NCBI GenBank assembly: GCA_965206595.1
Contig: OZ242214.1
Coordinates: 3,968,001-4,032,000, forward strand
DNA: 64,000 nt
Source of the DNA: Candidatus Latescibacterota bacterium
Lineage (GTDB): Bacteria > Latescibacterota > UBA2968 > UBA8231
Direction of reading: 5' to 3'
Position numbers and translations under genes: made by a program. The stretch's first letter is position 1. Each line of letters begins with the position of its first letter. The notes beneath the pieces were generated by a model. That model did no database searches, was not told the DNA's origin, and worked only from the letters and a program-made list of their open reading frames with translations. Of the stretch, positions 52,932 to 64,000 are shown one piece after another.

Positions 52932-54079
52932 ACCGCGCCGAACTGGAGGCGGGGGGCGTGGATGAAGCCTTGGAAAGGGCGGCCGAGGTGACAGGGGATT
53001 TTGCCACCGGACATGCCATCGTCATCGGCGTCGCGAATTACAGGAACGTGCCGGGGCTGCCCGAAGCGGTGCTGAATGACGCGCGGGACGTGGCCGCGGT
53101 CCTGCGATCCAACGCCTACTGTGGATATGAGCCACGTGACGTGCACGTGTTGCTCGACAGCGACGCCACGCTGGAGCGGATCAGGGCAGCCTTGGCTACC
53201 GTGGCCAAGACCAGCCGACCGGAGGACACGGTCGTCATCTTCTTCTCCGGGCATGGTGCCCTTCTCGGTGATCCCGTCGACCCCGAAAGCGCGCTACTGC
53301 CGGTCGAATGCGATGGACGGACACTGGATAGCACGAGCTTGTCCGAGGCGGAATTCTCTTCCGCACTTCGGGGATTCGCCGCTAAACGTCTGCTTGTCCT
53401 GATCGACGCTTGCCACTCCGCAGGCGCCGGGAGCTTCAAGGGCGGAGGAGCGGAGGAGTTACGGTCTCTCGGCTATAGCGAAAAGTCTCTTGGACGCCTG
53501 GCCCAGGGCGTCGGCCGCGTCCTTATCGCGTCTTCCCGGGCCAGCGAAGTATCCTGGGTACTGCCAAAGGCTCGGAACAGCGTGTTCACCTCCCATCTTT
53601 TGGATGCGCTGCGGGGCCAGGCGCGCACGAGCGGGGACGGGCTGATTCGGGTGTTCGAGGTCTTCAATCATGTCTCGGAGATGGTGCAGCGCGAGATGCC
53701 GGGGCGTCAGCATCCGGTCTTCAAGGCGAGCGACCTTGAGGACAATTTCCCTGTCGCGCTCGACCGGGGCGGGGTGAAATCGGACGCTACGGCGTCGGAT
53801 GCAGTAGGGGAGTCCGATGTCTGGAGCCAAATGGCAGAGATGATGCCGGGTCTTTATCCAGCAGGGCCGATGGATCAGGAAGTCTGGGCGCGTGCGGGCG
53901 GTGATCCGTCTCGCTTGCATCTGCAGGAGACAGGGCGGGTCGCCTGGTTCAAGGCTTTGCGTATGCTCCGTCAAGGTGGTGGAGGGGCAGGAATTCGCAA
54001 AGGAAGCCTGATTGAAACTGCGCTTGAGGACTACCCCCACCATCCGGTTTTGCGTGCACTACTGCGTGCACTACTGTGA
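52928..54079 (+). CDS. Caspase-like (peptidase C14) effector with C-terminal EAD1
   Basis: AIVIGVANY, catalytic FSGHG and IDACHS; C-terminal LYPAGPMDQEVWARAGGD; ATGA overlap. Confidence 0.88.
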   Translation: MNRAELEAGGVDEALERAAEVTGDFATGHAIVIGVANYRNVPGLPEAVLNDARDVAAVLRSNAYCGYEPRDVHVLLDSDATLERIRAALATVAKTSRPEDTVVIFFSGHGALLGDPVDPESALLPVECDGRTLDSTSLSEAEFSSALRGFAAKRLLVLIDACHSAGAGSFKGGGAEELRSLGYSEKSLGRLAQGVGRVLIASSRASEVSWVLPKARNSVFTSHLLDALRGQARTSGDGLIRVFEVFNHVSEMVQREMPGRQHPVFKASDLEDNFPVALDRGGVKSDATASDAVGESDVWSQMAEMMPGLYPAGPMDQEVWARAGGDPSRLHLQETGRVAWFKALRMLRQGGGGAGIRKGSLIETALEDYPHHPVLRALLRALL

Positions 54080-54407
54080 GGTGAGGCCTGTCTTTTCTGA
54101 CACGCACCCGCAAGGTCCGCCGCGCGTCCCTCCGGCCCCATGCAACGGGGGCATGGATATCTTGCCAGAAGGAATTTTCTTTCCTGACACCGGAGTGTTA
54201 ACCGACGCGGACCGAAGAACCTGGGAGATGGCTCCAGCAAGGGAACGGCCACTGCATGGTGAGAAACGCATGGCCGTCATCGCTAGTGTTCTCGGTTAAA
54301 GAGACGGCATTGAATTTTGGACCTTTACCAGCTTGACATCGTCCCGGTTTCGATGTCGCCCCACCACCACCGAAAAGGATCCCATTGGTATGAAAGGGCA
54401 ATCAATC

Positions 54408-54787
54408 GACCTCAGCGGCTGTCCGGCCTGTGGCGGTCGCCTGCGGATCGTGGCCGCCCTGACCGATCCGGCCTCGATCCGGACCTGTCTGGAGGGGGTA
54501 GGGCTGCCGGCGGTGCCCCCGCCGAGGGCCCCGCCTCAGCCGCAGTTCAAGTTCGCCGTTTGACCTCCTCCGCATTGGCTCCCTGCGCGGTGAGCGGTAC
54601 GGAGGAGGGCGCCCTCAAGTACCGGGTTGACCCCTGAAAGGCGCCAAAATCCTTTACAACGGTAGTCGGAGCAGTCCCGAACGATTCGGTGCGAGGACAA
54701 GCAATTCACCAGGGACCCTGCTGGACCCTCGCGTACGATTTCAGCGAACTGCATAGTACCGATATCGGTGCCTTATTTTTCCTATAC
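54408..54787 (+). mobile_element. IS91-like remnant, copy C (transposase 3' end plus ori-like end)
   Basis: DLSGCPACGGRLRIVAALTDPASIRTCLEGVGLP..PPPRAPP; ends in TTTCCTATAC, resembling IS91/ISCR oriIS. Confidence 0.75.
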
Positions 54788-54924
54788 TCTTCACCTTCCC
54801 GCATCTCGGCAAGCTGCTCGTGGGCGAGTTGACAAGCGCCGACGTGCTCCACCCGAATTCCTGAATGCACCGACCGCTGTGTGCCCGAAGTCTGGCATCC
54901 GAATAAGAAGGGGCTGAAACCGGC

Positions 54925-56607
54925 ATGACGAACGAAGTAATCACCACCGACTTGGCCGACGCCGAAATCCTCTGGAAGTCGGCCGACACCCTGCGCGGCC
55001 AGATCGATGCTGCCGAGTACAAACACGTCGTACTCGGCCTGCTCTTCCTGAAGTACATTTCCGACTCCTTTGAGGCACGGCGCGACGAGCTCAAGGGGGA
55101 ACTGGAAGCCGACGACATCAGCGGGCCTCAGATCGAAAGCCTGCTGGAGAACCGCGACGAGTACACTGCCGAGCGGATCTTCTGGGTGCCGCCCGAGGCA
55201 CGCTGGCAGAACCTCCAGAACCAGGCCGCGCGGCCGGACATCGCCACGCTGATCGACGACGCCATCCTCACCATCGAGCGCGACAACCCGAACCTCAAGG
55301 GCAAGCTGCCGCGCGACTACGCCCGTCGCGGCATCGCGCCGGAGAAGATGAAGGGGTTGATCGACCTGATCGCCGACATCGGCTTCAGGGGCGATCGCGC
55401 CAAAGCCCGCGACACGCTCGGCCGCGTCTACGAGTACTTCCTGGGCAAGTTCGCCCAGGCCGAGGGCAAGCTCGGCGGCGAGTTCTTCACGCCGCGCTGC
55501 ATCGTGCGGCTGCTGGTCGAGATGCTCGAGCCGTACGAGGGCCGCGTCTTCGACCCCTGCTGCGGCTCGGCCGGCATGTTCGTGCAGTCCGAGCGCTTCG
55601 TGGAAGCCCACGACGGGCAGAAGACCGACATCTCGATCTTCGGTCAGGAGTCCAATCCCACCACCTGGCGGCTGGCGCACATGAACCTGGCTATCCGCGG
55701 CATCGAGGCCAACCTTGGCTCTCAGCCCGCCGACAGCTTCCTGCGCAACCTGCACCCCGACCTCAAAGCCGACTACATCCTCGCCAATCCGCCGTTCAAC
55801 ATCTCGGACTGGTCGGGCAAGCTTCTGGCCGACGACGTGCGCTGGCGCCACGGTACGCCACCCGTCGGCAATGCCAACTACGCCTGGATCCAGCACTTCA
55901 TCCACCACCTGGCCCCGCCTGACGGGCATGGCGGCGGAGTCGCCGGCTTCGTCATGGCCAACGGCTCGCTCTCCACCGGCTCCGGCGGTGAGGGCGAAAT
56001 TCGCCAGCGCATCGTCGAGGCCGATCAGGTGGATTGCATCGTCGCGCTGCCAGCGCAGCTCTTCCTCACCACCGGCATCCCCGCCTGCCTCTGGTTCCTC
56101 ACGCGCGACAAGACCGGCAGGAACCTCAAGAAAGGCGGGCGTGACCGCAGGGGCGAGACGCTCTTCATCGACGCCCGCAAGCTCGGCACGATGCAGACCC
56201 GTACCCTCCGCGTGCTCACCGGCGGCGACGACGGCGAAAGCATGTTGGCCGATGGCATGGGCGACCCCAATTTCGATTCCGACCTCGGCCGCATCGTCTA
56301 CACCTTCCGCCAGTGGCGGGGCGAGCCCGCGCCGGGTTGGTGGGTCGAAGCGCAGCATGGCAAATGGGCGTACAGCGACATTCCCGGCTTCTGCAAGGCG
56401 GATACGATCGCGGGAATCGGCAAGCACGGCTTCGTACTCACCCCCGGCCGCTACGTTGGCGCCGAGGAGCAGGCCGACGACGGCGAACCGTTCGCGAAGA
56501 AGTACCCGCGGCTGCTGGGGGAGTTGGAGGTGTGTTTTCGGGAAGGGGAGCGACTGATGGCTGTGGCCCGTGAACGGGTGCTAAGGGTTGAGAGTGATGC
56601 CAACTAG
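54925..56607 (+). CDS. hsdM: Type I restriction-modification methyltransferase subunit
   Basis: [39 protein letters not shown]. Confidence 0.96.
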   Translation: MTNEVITTDLADAEILWKSADTLRGQIDAAEYKHVVLGLLFLKYISDSFEARRDELKGELEADDISGPQIESLLENRDEYTAERIFWVPPEARWQNLQNQAARPDIATLIDDAILTIERDNPNLKGKLPRDYARRGIAPEKMKGLIDLIADIGFRGDRAKARDTLGRVYEYFLGKFAQAEGKLGGEFFTPRCIVRLLVEMLEPYEGRVFDPCCGSAGMFVQSERFVEAHDGQKTDISIFGQESNPTTWRLAHMNLAIRGIEANLGSQPADSFLRNLHPDLKADYILANPPFNISDWSGKLLADDVRWRHGTPPVGNANYAWIQHFIHHLAPPDGHGGGVAGFVMANGSLSTGSGGEGEIRQRIVEADQVDCIVALPAQLFLTTGIPACLWFLTRDKTGRNLKKGGRDRRGETLFIDARKLGTMQTRTLRVLTGGDDGESMLADGMGDPNFDSDLGRIVYTFRQWRGEPAPGWWVEAQHGKWAYSDIPGFCKADTIAGIGKHGFVLTPGRYVGAEEQADDGEPFAKKYPRLLGELEVCFREGERLMAVARERVLRVESDAN

Positions 56608-57922
56608 GTGGCCCATGCGCTCAGTCCTCGAGCTCCAGGATGAAGGGACCTTACTCGTCGCGGACGGCAATCACGGTGAGTACCGTCCGCGCAGTGATGA
56701 GTTCGGCCAAGGAGAGTATGCGTTCATTCGGGCAGCAGACCTGGAAAACGGACAAGTGCTCTTCGACGCAGTGCAGCGGATAAACGACCAGGCCCTGGCG
56801 CGGATTCGGAAGGGCGTTGGCCAAGGCGGCGACGTCCTCTTCTCCCACAAGGGCACGGTTGGTAAGCTCGCGCTCGTTCCGCTCGACGCCCCTCCTTTCG
56901 TCTGCTCGCCTCAGACCACGTTTTGGAGGACGCTCGATGAGGAGCGTCTTGATCGGCGATACCTGTACTACTTCATGCGCTCCAACGCATTCACAGACCA
57001 GTGGATGGCGCGAAGTAATGAGACCGATATGGCGGCTTACGTCAGCCTCACGGCGCAGCGGCAGTTAAATGTTGCTCTGCCAGAAATCGACGAACAACGC
57101 GCCATCGCCGGTGTTCTCGGTGCGCTGGACGACAAGATTGAGCAGAACCGGCGTACGGCGCGGGCGCTGGAGCGACTGGCGCAGGCGATCTTCCAGGCGT
57201 GGTTCGTCGACTTCGAGCCGGTAAAGGCCAAAGTCGCCGGCGCGGCCTCCTTCCCCTCTTTAGCCCAGCCCGTCTTCGACGCCCTGCCCACCCGCTTCGG
57301 CGATTCTGAGATCGGCCCCGTGCCGAAGGGGTGGGAGCTGAAGCCGATCGCAAACATTGCGACGTTCCTGAACGGACTGGCACTTCAGAAGTACCCGCCT
57401 CGCGGCGATGGCGAAGACCTGCGCGCGGTCAAGATCGCCCAACTCCGCAAGGGTTCAGCAGAAGGTGCCGCCTGGGCGAACAGCGATGTGGCCGAGCAGT
57501 ATGTGATCGGCGATCGTGATCTGTTGTTCTCGTGGTCGGGCACCCTCGAAGCCGAGTTCTGGTTCGGCGGCAAGGGCGCGCTGAATCAGCACCTGTTCAA
57601 GGTCACGTCGTCGCACTTCCCGAGTTGGTTTTGCCTACTTTGGATTCGGCAGCACCTGCCGTGGTTCCGCGCCATCGCAGCAGGTAAGGCAACAACGATG
57701 GGGCACATCAAACGTGGACACCTTCAAGAAGCGCCGGTCGTCGTCCCTCCGAATGAGGTTCTTCATGAAGCGAACGAAGTGATTGGTACGCTCTACGATC
57801 TCTTCGGCCAGCTGATGATTGAATCGCGGAAGCTGGCGGCGATGCGCGACGTGCTCCTTCCGAAGTTGCTGTCCGGCGAAGTGCGGGTACGGGTGGACGG
57901 AGGCGCCGATGGTGAGTCATGA
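56597..57922 (+). CDS. hsdS: Type I restriction-modification specificity subunit
   Basis: Two TRDs with conserved [27 protein letters not shown] and [12 protein letters not shown]. Confidence 0.93.
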   Translation: MPTRWPMRSVLELQDEGTLLVADGNHGEYRPRSDEFGQGEYAFIRAADLENGQVLFDAVQRINDQALARIRKGVGQGGDVLFSHKGTVGKLALVPLDAPPFVCSPQTTFWRTLDEERLDRRYLYYFMRSNAFTDQWMARSNETDMAAYVSLTAQRQLNVALPEIDEQRAIAGVLGALDDKIEQNRRTARALERLAQAIFQAWFVDFEPVKAKVAGAASFPSLAQPVFDALPTRFGDSEIGPVPKGWELKPIANIATFLNGLALQKYPPRGDGEDLRAVKIAQLRKGSAEGAAWANSDVAEQYVIGDRDLLFSWSGTLEAEFWFGGKGALNQHLFKVTSSHFPSWFCLLWIRQHLPWFRAIAAGKATTMGHIKRGHLQEAPVVVPPNEVLHEANEVIGTLYDLFGQLMIESRKLAAMRDVLLPKLLSGEVRVRVDGGADGES

Positions 57923-58631
57923 CCGCCCCTTCGAACTCCATAGCTGTCGCGAACTCTTCGAACGGTATCCAGCCTCAACGTCGTTGAGACCGGCAGTCGA
58001 GGTCATCGAACGGACAATCCAGGATGAACCTGGCATTGCATTCACACACTGCCGAGGCTTACTGGAAACCGTATGTGTGACGATACTCGCGGACCGCGGC
58101 ATAGAGATCCCGCCGAATCCAAAGCCGAACTGGCTCATGACACAGGCAATAAAGACACTGCAACTCACAGCGCTGAACCCCGACGACAAGGCAGCTGAAG
58201 ATGGCGTTGCTAGTATCCTGCGGGGACTGAATTCACTGGTTGACGGTGTCGTGGCCTTGCGCAAGAGCCAAGGTGTCGGGCCACATGGTCGGGACGCGCT
58301 GGCATCTGTGCTTTCTGTTGATTATGCGATGCTGACCGCGACAGCGGTAGATGCGGCTGTCGGGCTTATGTTCCGGCTACATCAAGAGCAAATCGGCCGC
58401 GATCCGATCAACCACTTGAGATTCGGAGTTCACGCAGATTTCGACAGTTTTCTTGACGGCAAGTACTCAGACATCGAGATCGAAGAGGTTCCGGTCAGTG
58501 CGAGTCAGGCGCTTCATCACCAGGATCCCTTGGCTTATCGCAAGAGCCTTGTGGAGTTCAGAAACCGATCCGAAGCGGAGAACGAGGAGATAGCGGAAGG
58601 CGAGAGCATTTCCGAGGACGCCGATGGATGA
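57909..58631 (+). CDS. Abortive infection (Abi_C-like) family protein
   Basis: CRGLLETVCVTIL...LRKSQGVGPHG (HEPN-like RxxxxxxH); embedded between hsdS and hsdR. Confidence 0.7.
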   Translation: MVSHDRPFELHSCRELFERYPASTSLRPAVEVIERTIQDEPGIAFTHCRGLLETVCVTILADRGIEIPPNPKPNWLMTQAIKTLQLTALNPDDKAAEDGVASILRGLNSLVDGVVALRKSQGVGPHGRDALASVLSVDYAMLTATAVDAAVGLMFRLHQEQIGRDPINHLRFGVHADFDSFLDGKYSDIEIEEVPVSASQALHHQDPLAYRKSLVEFRNRSEAENEEIAEGESISEDADG

Positions 58632-61600
58632 ACTGACTGCAGAACTCGCTGCCGCTGCGTGGTTTGAGTCTGTAAGGATTCCCGTCATGTCGGCATCCGA
58701 ACTGACCGAAGAGCGTCAGTTGGTACCGGGAACCGTGATTCTGACCACGGTATTGAGCGGTGTTTTGCGTCGTCTCAACCCCGATATGCCGCACGACAGC
58801 ATCGAGGAGGTCGTGCGCATCCTGTCGCGCCCGCCACACCCGACGCTGATCCAGAACAACCGTTGGTTCCATGCGCAGGTCACCGACGGCGTCGAGATTG
58901 AGTACCAAGAATCGAACAGCGGCGAGACTCGCGGGGACCGCGCGAGGCTGGTCGATTTCGACAACCCGGTCGCGAACGATCTACTGGTACTGCGCCAGCT
59001 CAGCGTCGCCGGACCGTCGGGCAAGATCATCCGCCCGGACCTGACAGTGTTCCTGAACGGGCTGCCGGTCGCGTTGATCGAGCTAAAAGACCCGACGGAC
59101 ATCCAGGCAAACCTGGGCGTGGCCATCGACCAGCTCGACCGCTACATGCAGACCGCCCCGGACCTGTTCGTGTCAAACCTGGTGCTTGTGGTCTCGGACG
59201 GCATGCTGACTCGCGTCGGCTCGATCACCAGCGGGCGCAGCCTCTTCATGCCCTGGCGCCCGATCGACGATCGTGAGGGCGGCGGCCCGCCGACTCTGGA
59301 GGCGCTGATACGGGGCCTGTTTGATTCCCGGATGTTGGTGGACTACCTGCGGACCTGTGTCACTTTCGAGGAGGACGAGCGGGGCGAGATCGCCAAGAAG
59401 ATCGCGGGCTACCACCAGTTCCGCGCGGTGCGCAAGGCGCGCGCCAGCGTGCTTACGCGCCTTAAGCCGCCGGCCGGCACGGGCGACGGTCGCGGGGGCG
59501 TGATCTGGCACACCCAGGGCTCGGGCAAGTCGCTGACCATGTTGATGTTGGCGGGGGGCCTGATCCGAGAGTCGCGCATGACCAACCCGACGATCGTCAT
59601 GATCACCGACCGCAACGATCTGGACGATCAGCTCTTCGACACCTTCGCCGCCGGGCGTGCGCTGCTTCGGCACGACCCGGTCCAGGCCGCGAGCCGGGAA
59701 CATCTCAAGGCGCTGCTCGACCGCGCGGCGGGTGGAGTGGTGTTCACGACGATTCAGAAGTTCGCCGAGGCGCACGGCGTGGTCTCGGAGCGCTCGAACA
59801 TCGTCGTCATGGCCGACGAGGCACACCGTAGCCAGTACGGTTTCGTCGAGGGCGGCGCGCGCTGGATGCGCGAGGCGCTGCCGAACGCCACTTTCGTCGG
59901 CTTCACCGGCACGCCGCTGGAGCACGACGACAGAAACACGATCCACGTATTTGGCGAATACGCGGACGTCTACGACATCCGCCAGGCCGTCGAGGACGGC
60001 ACGACCCGGCCGCTCTACTACGAATCCTGCATCATCAAACTGAAGGTGGACGAGGAGGGCGCGCGCGTCGCCGAGAAAGAGGTTGAGTATGTAGCCAACC
60101 GCGACCGACGCGGGGAAGGGGCGGAGGACAGTATCCGAGTCCCGCTGGAGTCCCTGGTCGGCGGCCAGGAGCGCATCAAACGCCTGGCGGCGTTCATCGT
60201 CGAGCACTGGGAGAAGCGCCGCGCCGCGATGGAAGGCAAGGCGATGGTGGTGACCATGAGCCGCGACATTGCCGCGCGGCTGTACGAGGCGATCCGCGCG
60301 CTGCGCCCGGACTGGCACGACGTCGACGACGAACGGGGGGCGATGAAGGTGGTCGTGACCGGCACCGACGAAGATCCCGAGCCGCTCAGGAACCATGTCC
60401 GCACCAAGGCCGCACGCAAGCGTCTGGCGGAGCGCTTTAAGGCCCCCCACGACGACCTGCGCCTGGTGATCGTCTGTGACATGTGGCTCACCGGCTTCGA
60501 CTGCCCACCAGCGCACACCATGTATCTGGATAAGCCGCTGGCCGGGCACAGCCTGATGCAGGCCATCGCGCGCGTGAATCGTGTCTACGGCGACAAGCCC
60601 GGTGGACTGATCGTGGACCTGCTGGGCCTAGCCGAGCAGTTGGGAGATGCGCTTGCGACTTACACCCAAGCCGGCGGCACGGGCAAGGCCGTCAGGAGAG
60701 TGCAGAACGAGGCTGTCCCTGCCATGCAAGCGGCCTTCAAGAAACTACGTGGCTTCTTCCACGGTTGCGACTACGAGCAGGCGCTCGACGCCAAACCGCA
60801 AGCCGTGCTTCTGGTGTATCTGCGCGCGATCGATCACGTCTTTGGGCAGAACGACGGCTGGAAGCGCCTGCGCACGCTGGTCAAGGAGTTGTCGGCGGCC
60901 TTCGCGCTGGCGGTTCCGCGCCCGGAGACCGAAGCCATCACGGCGCACCTCGCCTTCTTCCAGCGCGTGGTCGCGATGATTCGTAACCGATTGGCTGACG
61001 ATACCGGCGGTGGCGCCGGTCACGCTCGGCAACGCGACATCGACGCCGCAGTGCGCCAAGTTATCGGCGGCGCGATCGATGCCGACGAAGTAATCGACCT
61101 GTTCGCCGTCGCGGGGCTGTCGGACGCCCGCCTCGACATCCTTAGCGATGAGTTCCTGGGTCGGGTGGCGGCACTGGAGCAGAAGAACCTGGCCTTGGAG
61201 ACGCTGCGCAAGCTGCTCAATGACCAGATTCGTATCACCGAGCGCACGAACATTGTCCAGAGCCGCAAGTTTCGCGAGGCCCTCGAAGACGCGATGCTGC
61301 GCTATACGAACAGGGCGATCACCACCGCGGAGATGATCTCGCAGCTGATCGACTTGGCGAAGAGCCTGCGGGACGCGCAGCGCCACGGCGAAGAACTCGG
61401 CCTGAGCGGCGGGGAAACTGCCTTCTACGACGCCCTGGCGGAGAACAGATCAGCTAGGGAAGCGATGCAGAGCGATACGCTGCGTCTCATGGCTCGGAAA
61501 CTGACCGAAATGGTCAAGAGCATGCCCAAGCTTGACTGGACCCATCGCGAGTCCGTACGGGCGAGCCTGCGGCGCAATGTTCGTCGGTTGCTGGCAAAGT

Positions 61601-61683
61601 ACGGCTACCCTCCGGATCTGGCCGAGGACGCGACGCAGCTCGTTTTGCGACAGGCGGAGCTATCAACGGAGAACTCGGAGTAG
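58624..61683 (+). CDS. hsdR: Type I restriction endonuclease subunit R
   Basis: RPD..NGLP..IELK nuclease; [36 protein letters not shown]. Confidence 0.96.
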   Translation: MDELTAELAAAAWFESVRIPVMSASELTEERQLVPGTVILTTVLSGVLRRLNPDMPHDSIEEVVRILSRPPHPTLIQNNRWFHAQVTDGVEIEYQESNSGETRGDRARLVDFDNPVANDLLVLRQLSVAGPSGKIIRPDLTVFLNGLPVALIELKDPTDIQANLGVAIDQLDRYMQTAPDLFVSNLVLVVSDGMLTRVGSITSGRSLFMPWRPIDDREGGGPPTLEALIRGLFDSRMLVDYLRTCVTFEEDERGEIAKKIAGYHQFRAVRKARASVLTRLKPPAGTGDGRGGVIWHTQGSGKSLTMLMLAGGLIRESRMTNPTIVMITDRNDLDDQLFDTFAAGRALLRHDPVQAASREHLKALLDRAAGGVVFTTIQKFAEAHGVVSERSNIVVMADEAHRSQYGFVEGGARWMREALPNATFVGFTGTPLEHDDRNTIHVFGEYADVYDIRQAVEDGTTRPLYYESCIIKLKVDEEGARVAEKEVEYVANRDRRGEGAEDSIRVPLESLVGGQERIKRLAAFIVEHWEKRRAAMEGKAMVVTMSRDIAARLYEAIRALRPDWHDVDDERGAMKVVVTGTDEDPEPLRNHVRTKAARKRLAERFKAPHDDLRLVIVCDMWLTGFDCPPAHTMYLDKPLAGHSLMQAIARVNRVYGDKPGGLIVDLLGLAEQLGDALATYTQAGGTGKAVRRVQNEAVPAMQAAFKKLRGFFHGCDYEQALDAKPQAVLLVYLRAIDHVFGQNDGWKRLRTLVKELSAAFALAVPRPETEAITAHLAFFQRVVAMIRNRLADDTGGGAGHARQRDIDAAVRQVIGGAIDADEVIDLFAVAGLSDARLDILSDEFLGRVAALEQKNLALETLRKLLNDQIRITERTNIVQSRKFREALEDAMLRYTNRAITTAEMISQLIDLAKSLRDAQRHGEELGLSGGETAFYDALAENRSAREAMQSDTLRLMARKLTEMVKSMPKLDWTHRESVRASLRRNVRRLLAKYGYPPDLAEDATQLVLRQAELSTENSE

Positions 61684-61684
61684 C

Positions 61685-62583
61685 TAGTGCTCTGTTAAAG
61701 AGCCGGCATTGAGTTCTGGGCCTTCACCAGCTTGGCATCGTACCGGTTTCGATTTCGCAATACGAGATACTACATGCGCTGGCCAACTTCTCGATGGTCC
61801 CTTGGGTCGCTGTTCTTGATGACGAAGTAGTGGGCGGCCGTAAGGTGGCATTCCAGACGATTCATCCAGGAGGCGTTGGTAGCGGTGAAAACCAGGAAGA
61901 CCTGATTTCGCCGACACCATTGCCGGATCTTTTCGGTCGTGTGCGTCGACAAATTGTCCAGGATGAGGTAGATGCGCTGGGCCTTGCGGTACCGGCGCCG
62001 GATGGCCTTGAGGAAGGTGAGCACCGCCGAGGCGTGCTTCTTGCGCTTGTGATGCATCTACAGGACGTCCTCGTGGACGTTGTAGGCGCCGAAGAAATAG
62101 CTGACGCCGCCGTGCCGGGTGTAGGTGGCCCGGTGTCGCACCGGGTGCTTGTGCGGCGCCCACGAGGAGCCGCCATGAGGCTTGATCTGCACCGGCCCCA
62201 TTTCGTCGAAGCAGACTACGACCGAGTCCTTCGGCGCTCGCCGGTAGAGTCGGTCGATGCGTTTTTTTTCGAGGAGAAATCTGGATCCTTCGACTCCTTC
62301 CAGGTGCGGGTCCGTTGGCAGGTGACCTATGCCGGTCCAGGACTTTGCCGATGGTCACGTGCGAGACCTTGGGGATCATCTGGCGCCCGACCAGACAGTC
62401 CGTCAGCTTGCGCAGCGACCACTGATTGAAGGGTTGGCCGAAGGCCCGAGGAGGCATCCTGGCAATCTCCACGACCACCGACTCGTCTTCGGGTGTCAGC
62501 GTCGGGGTGCGCCCCGGATGGGCTCGAGTGCGCAGCGACGCCAGCCCTTCCTCGTTGTATTGTCGCAGCAGCTGGCGGAGCGC
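61685..62583 (-). mobile_element. IS630-family element, 5'-truncated and frameshifted
   Basis: WSLRKL, A8 run at ~62262-62269, CFDEMG, LDNLSTH, ASWMNRLE; one end at CTAG next to the hsdR stop, the other end missing. Confidence 0.85.
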
Positions 62584-62693
62584 GGGGTAGGGCTGCCGGC
62601 GATGCCCCCGCCGAGGGCCCCGCCTGAGCCGCTGTTCGATTTCGCCGCCTGACCTCCTCCGCGATGGGCTCCCGGCACCGGTAATTTCCTAAC
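62584..62693 (+). repeat. IS91-like remnant, copy D
   Basis: About 90 bp closely matching 54495-54583 (GVGLPA.PPPRAPP.P.F.FA-stop); ends AATTTCCTAAC. Confidence 0.75.
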
Positions 62694-62869
62694 GGATTCC
62701 TTGTTCGCGACGTGGAACCCCATCGGGATGACTTGAGGGCACGGGTCAGCGGTCTTGCGTCGGGTTCTGGGGAGGGAACGCGGATCGAGCTGCTTGCGCT
62801 CTACCTGCCATTCGAGAGCCTGGATGGCATTGGGGAGGCGATGGTTCAAAGGCGTTCAGGAGCGGAACA

Positions 62870-64000
62870 ATGAGCCTGTCTTCTGGAGCATTGGAGGCGC
62901 TGAACGAACATTGGGCGGTCGCTGCCATCGGGACCGATGAGTTGGAGCGTGCGGGGGAACTGGTCGACCAGCGGCTCGCACAGCGAGCAGTCGGCAGGCA
63001 GATCAGCTTTTCCTTCGCGGAAAGCTCTGACGACGAACCCTTCCTGGTGCGTGTGGCGCTCGCTTTCGAGCTCGCCGCGATCGAGGGTTTGGATGAGCTG
63101 AGCCGTCCGGCGGGGGAGAACCTGTCCCTCAGGGACCAAGCAGTGGCGGCTTCGTTCCGTGCGTTTGACATCCGCCGTCTCCTCCCGGTGCCGGCGGAGA
63201 CCCATGAGCGTCTGTTCTTCGTGCTTCAGCTCTCCGCCATCGCTTATTGCGGCGATCGTTGGTCTGACTTGCGGCGCTGGTATCGGGAGCAGGGAGAGGC
63301 CCTGAAGGCGCCGAGTGCGGCGGATGCGGAATGGGACCGCAGGCTCCTTTACAGGCTGTTCGATTGCTGGGTCCGGCTTTTCCGCAAGGAGGGCTGGGAC
63401 GATCTGGATCGCATCCGCGAGATCATATCCGGCCTTCGTGAGGACCAGAGAACCCAGGAAGAACGTCGTCTGCAAAACGGTTCGAAGGCGGTGGACCGGG
63501 CAATCGCCCTGCGGTTGGCGGCTCTCTACAACTGGGCGAAAGCTACGGAGACACTCGCGAGCTACATGCTGCAAGGCCAACCAGGCGATCCGTTCGGTAC
63601 GCTGGACAAGCACTTCGAGGCAGGGATCAAGTCGGCGGCCGCTTCGGGGGATGCGCAGCACGAAGTGGTTCTGCGATGGCTCCACGCGACGTCGCGCATC
63701 ATGGTGACGAATTCGCTCTGGTGGGCAACCCGGACGGTCAACTCGCGAACCTCGGACTTCGTGCGCTCTCTCACGCACCGCGAGCACCAGGCGATGTTCG
63801 AGCTATTGCCGCCACAGCGCGCCGCGCTGCTCGAACAGGGGCTGCTGGACCAGGCGAAGACCGCGATTGTGGTCGATCTGCCCACCTCCGGCGGGAAGAC
63901 GCTGCTCGCGCAGTTCCGAATACTCCAGGCGCTGAACCAATTCCAGGCCGAGGAGGGATGGGTCGTCTACGTTGCGCCGACCCGTGCGCTGTCGGCGCAG
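62870..64000 (+). CDS. SF2 Ski2-like DEAD/DEAH helicase, partial (runs off the window; absent from the ORF track)
   Basis: ATG 62870 after AGGAG; long helical N-terminus, then ELLPPQ (Q motif), LPTSGGKT (Walker A), YVAPTRAL (motif Ia). Confidence 0.88.
   Translation, partial: MSLSSGALEALNEHWAVAAIGTDELERAGELVDQRLAQRAVGRQISFSFAESSDDEPFLVRVALAFELAAIEGLDELSRPAGENLSLRDQAVAASFRAFDIRRLLPVPAETHERLFFVLQLSAIAYCGDRWSDLRRWYREQGEALKAPSAADAEWDRRLLYRLFDCWVRLFRKEGWDDLDRIREIISGLREDQRTQEERRLQNGSKAVDRAIALRLAALYNWAKATETLASYMLQGQPGDPFGTLDKHFEAGIKSAAASGDAQHEVVLRWLHATSRIMVTNSLWWATRTVNSRTSDFVRSLTHREHQAMFELLPPQRAALLEQGLLDQAKTAIVVDLPTSGGKTLLAQFRILQALNQFQAEEGWVVYVAPTRALSAQ

Noticed and set aside
54080-54407. Possible structured ncRNA after the caspase gene
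   Set aside because: Only short hairpins; no recognisable family or covariation evidence.
62846-63787. 313-aa minus-strand ORF
   Set aside because: Antisense shadow of the plus-strand helicase starting at 62870.

Overview
GC-rich bacterial window. The YWTD/LRR protein with an FlgD-Ig/T9SS-like tail and the orphan glycosidase-like genes suggest an FCB-group organism such as Latescibacterota or Gemmatimonadota (inference). In order: glnB-glnE and two sugar-metabolism genes; a decayed accessory patch (5.9-11.1 kb: gene fragments, a DUF433/DUF5615 toxin-antitoxin pair, an AlbA_2/HATPase protein); a Cus-type heavy-metal RND efflux operon; a sigma54 two-component locus; an IS630 nested in an IS66; a LolA-like/ABC/beta-barrel operon; an IS1380 joining two truncated genes; three glycosidase-like genes; katG; and a defence island from about 46.6 kb to the window end. 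The island holds a GASH + two GTPases + GAP1-N1-EAD1 + caspase-EAD1 conflict system, a type I R-M system with an Abi_C gene, and the start of a Ski2-like helicase. Top leads: (1) the last gene of the Cus operon reads through an in-frame TGA in a UxxC position followed by a SECIS-like hairpin, making it a candidate new selenoprotein. The same operon has a Cys-rich putative leader peptide and a doubly coupled 58-aa ORF. (2) The GTPase/EAD1/caspase system is intact and is bracketed by a 21-bp near-perfect direct repeat that splits an IS91-like transposase remnant. (3) Four IS91-like remnants sit directly upstream of genes or cassettes. Family assignments come from motif recognition only; no database search was run.
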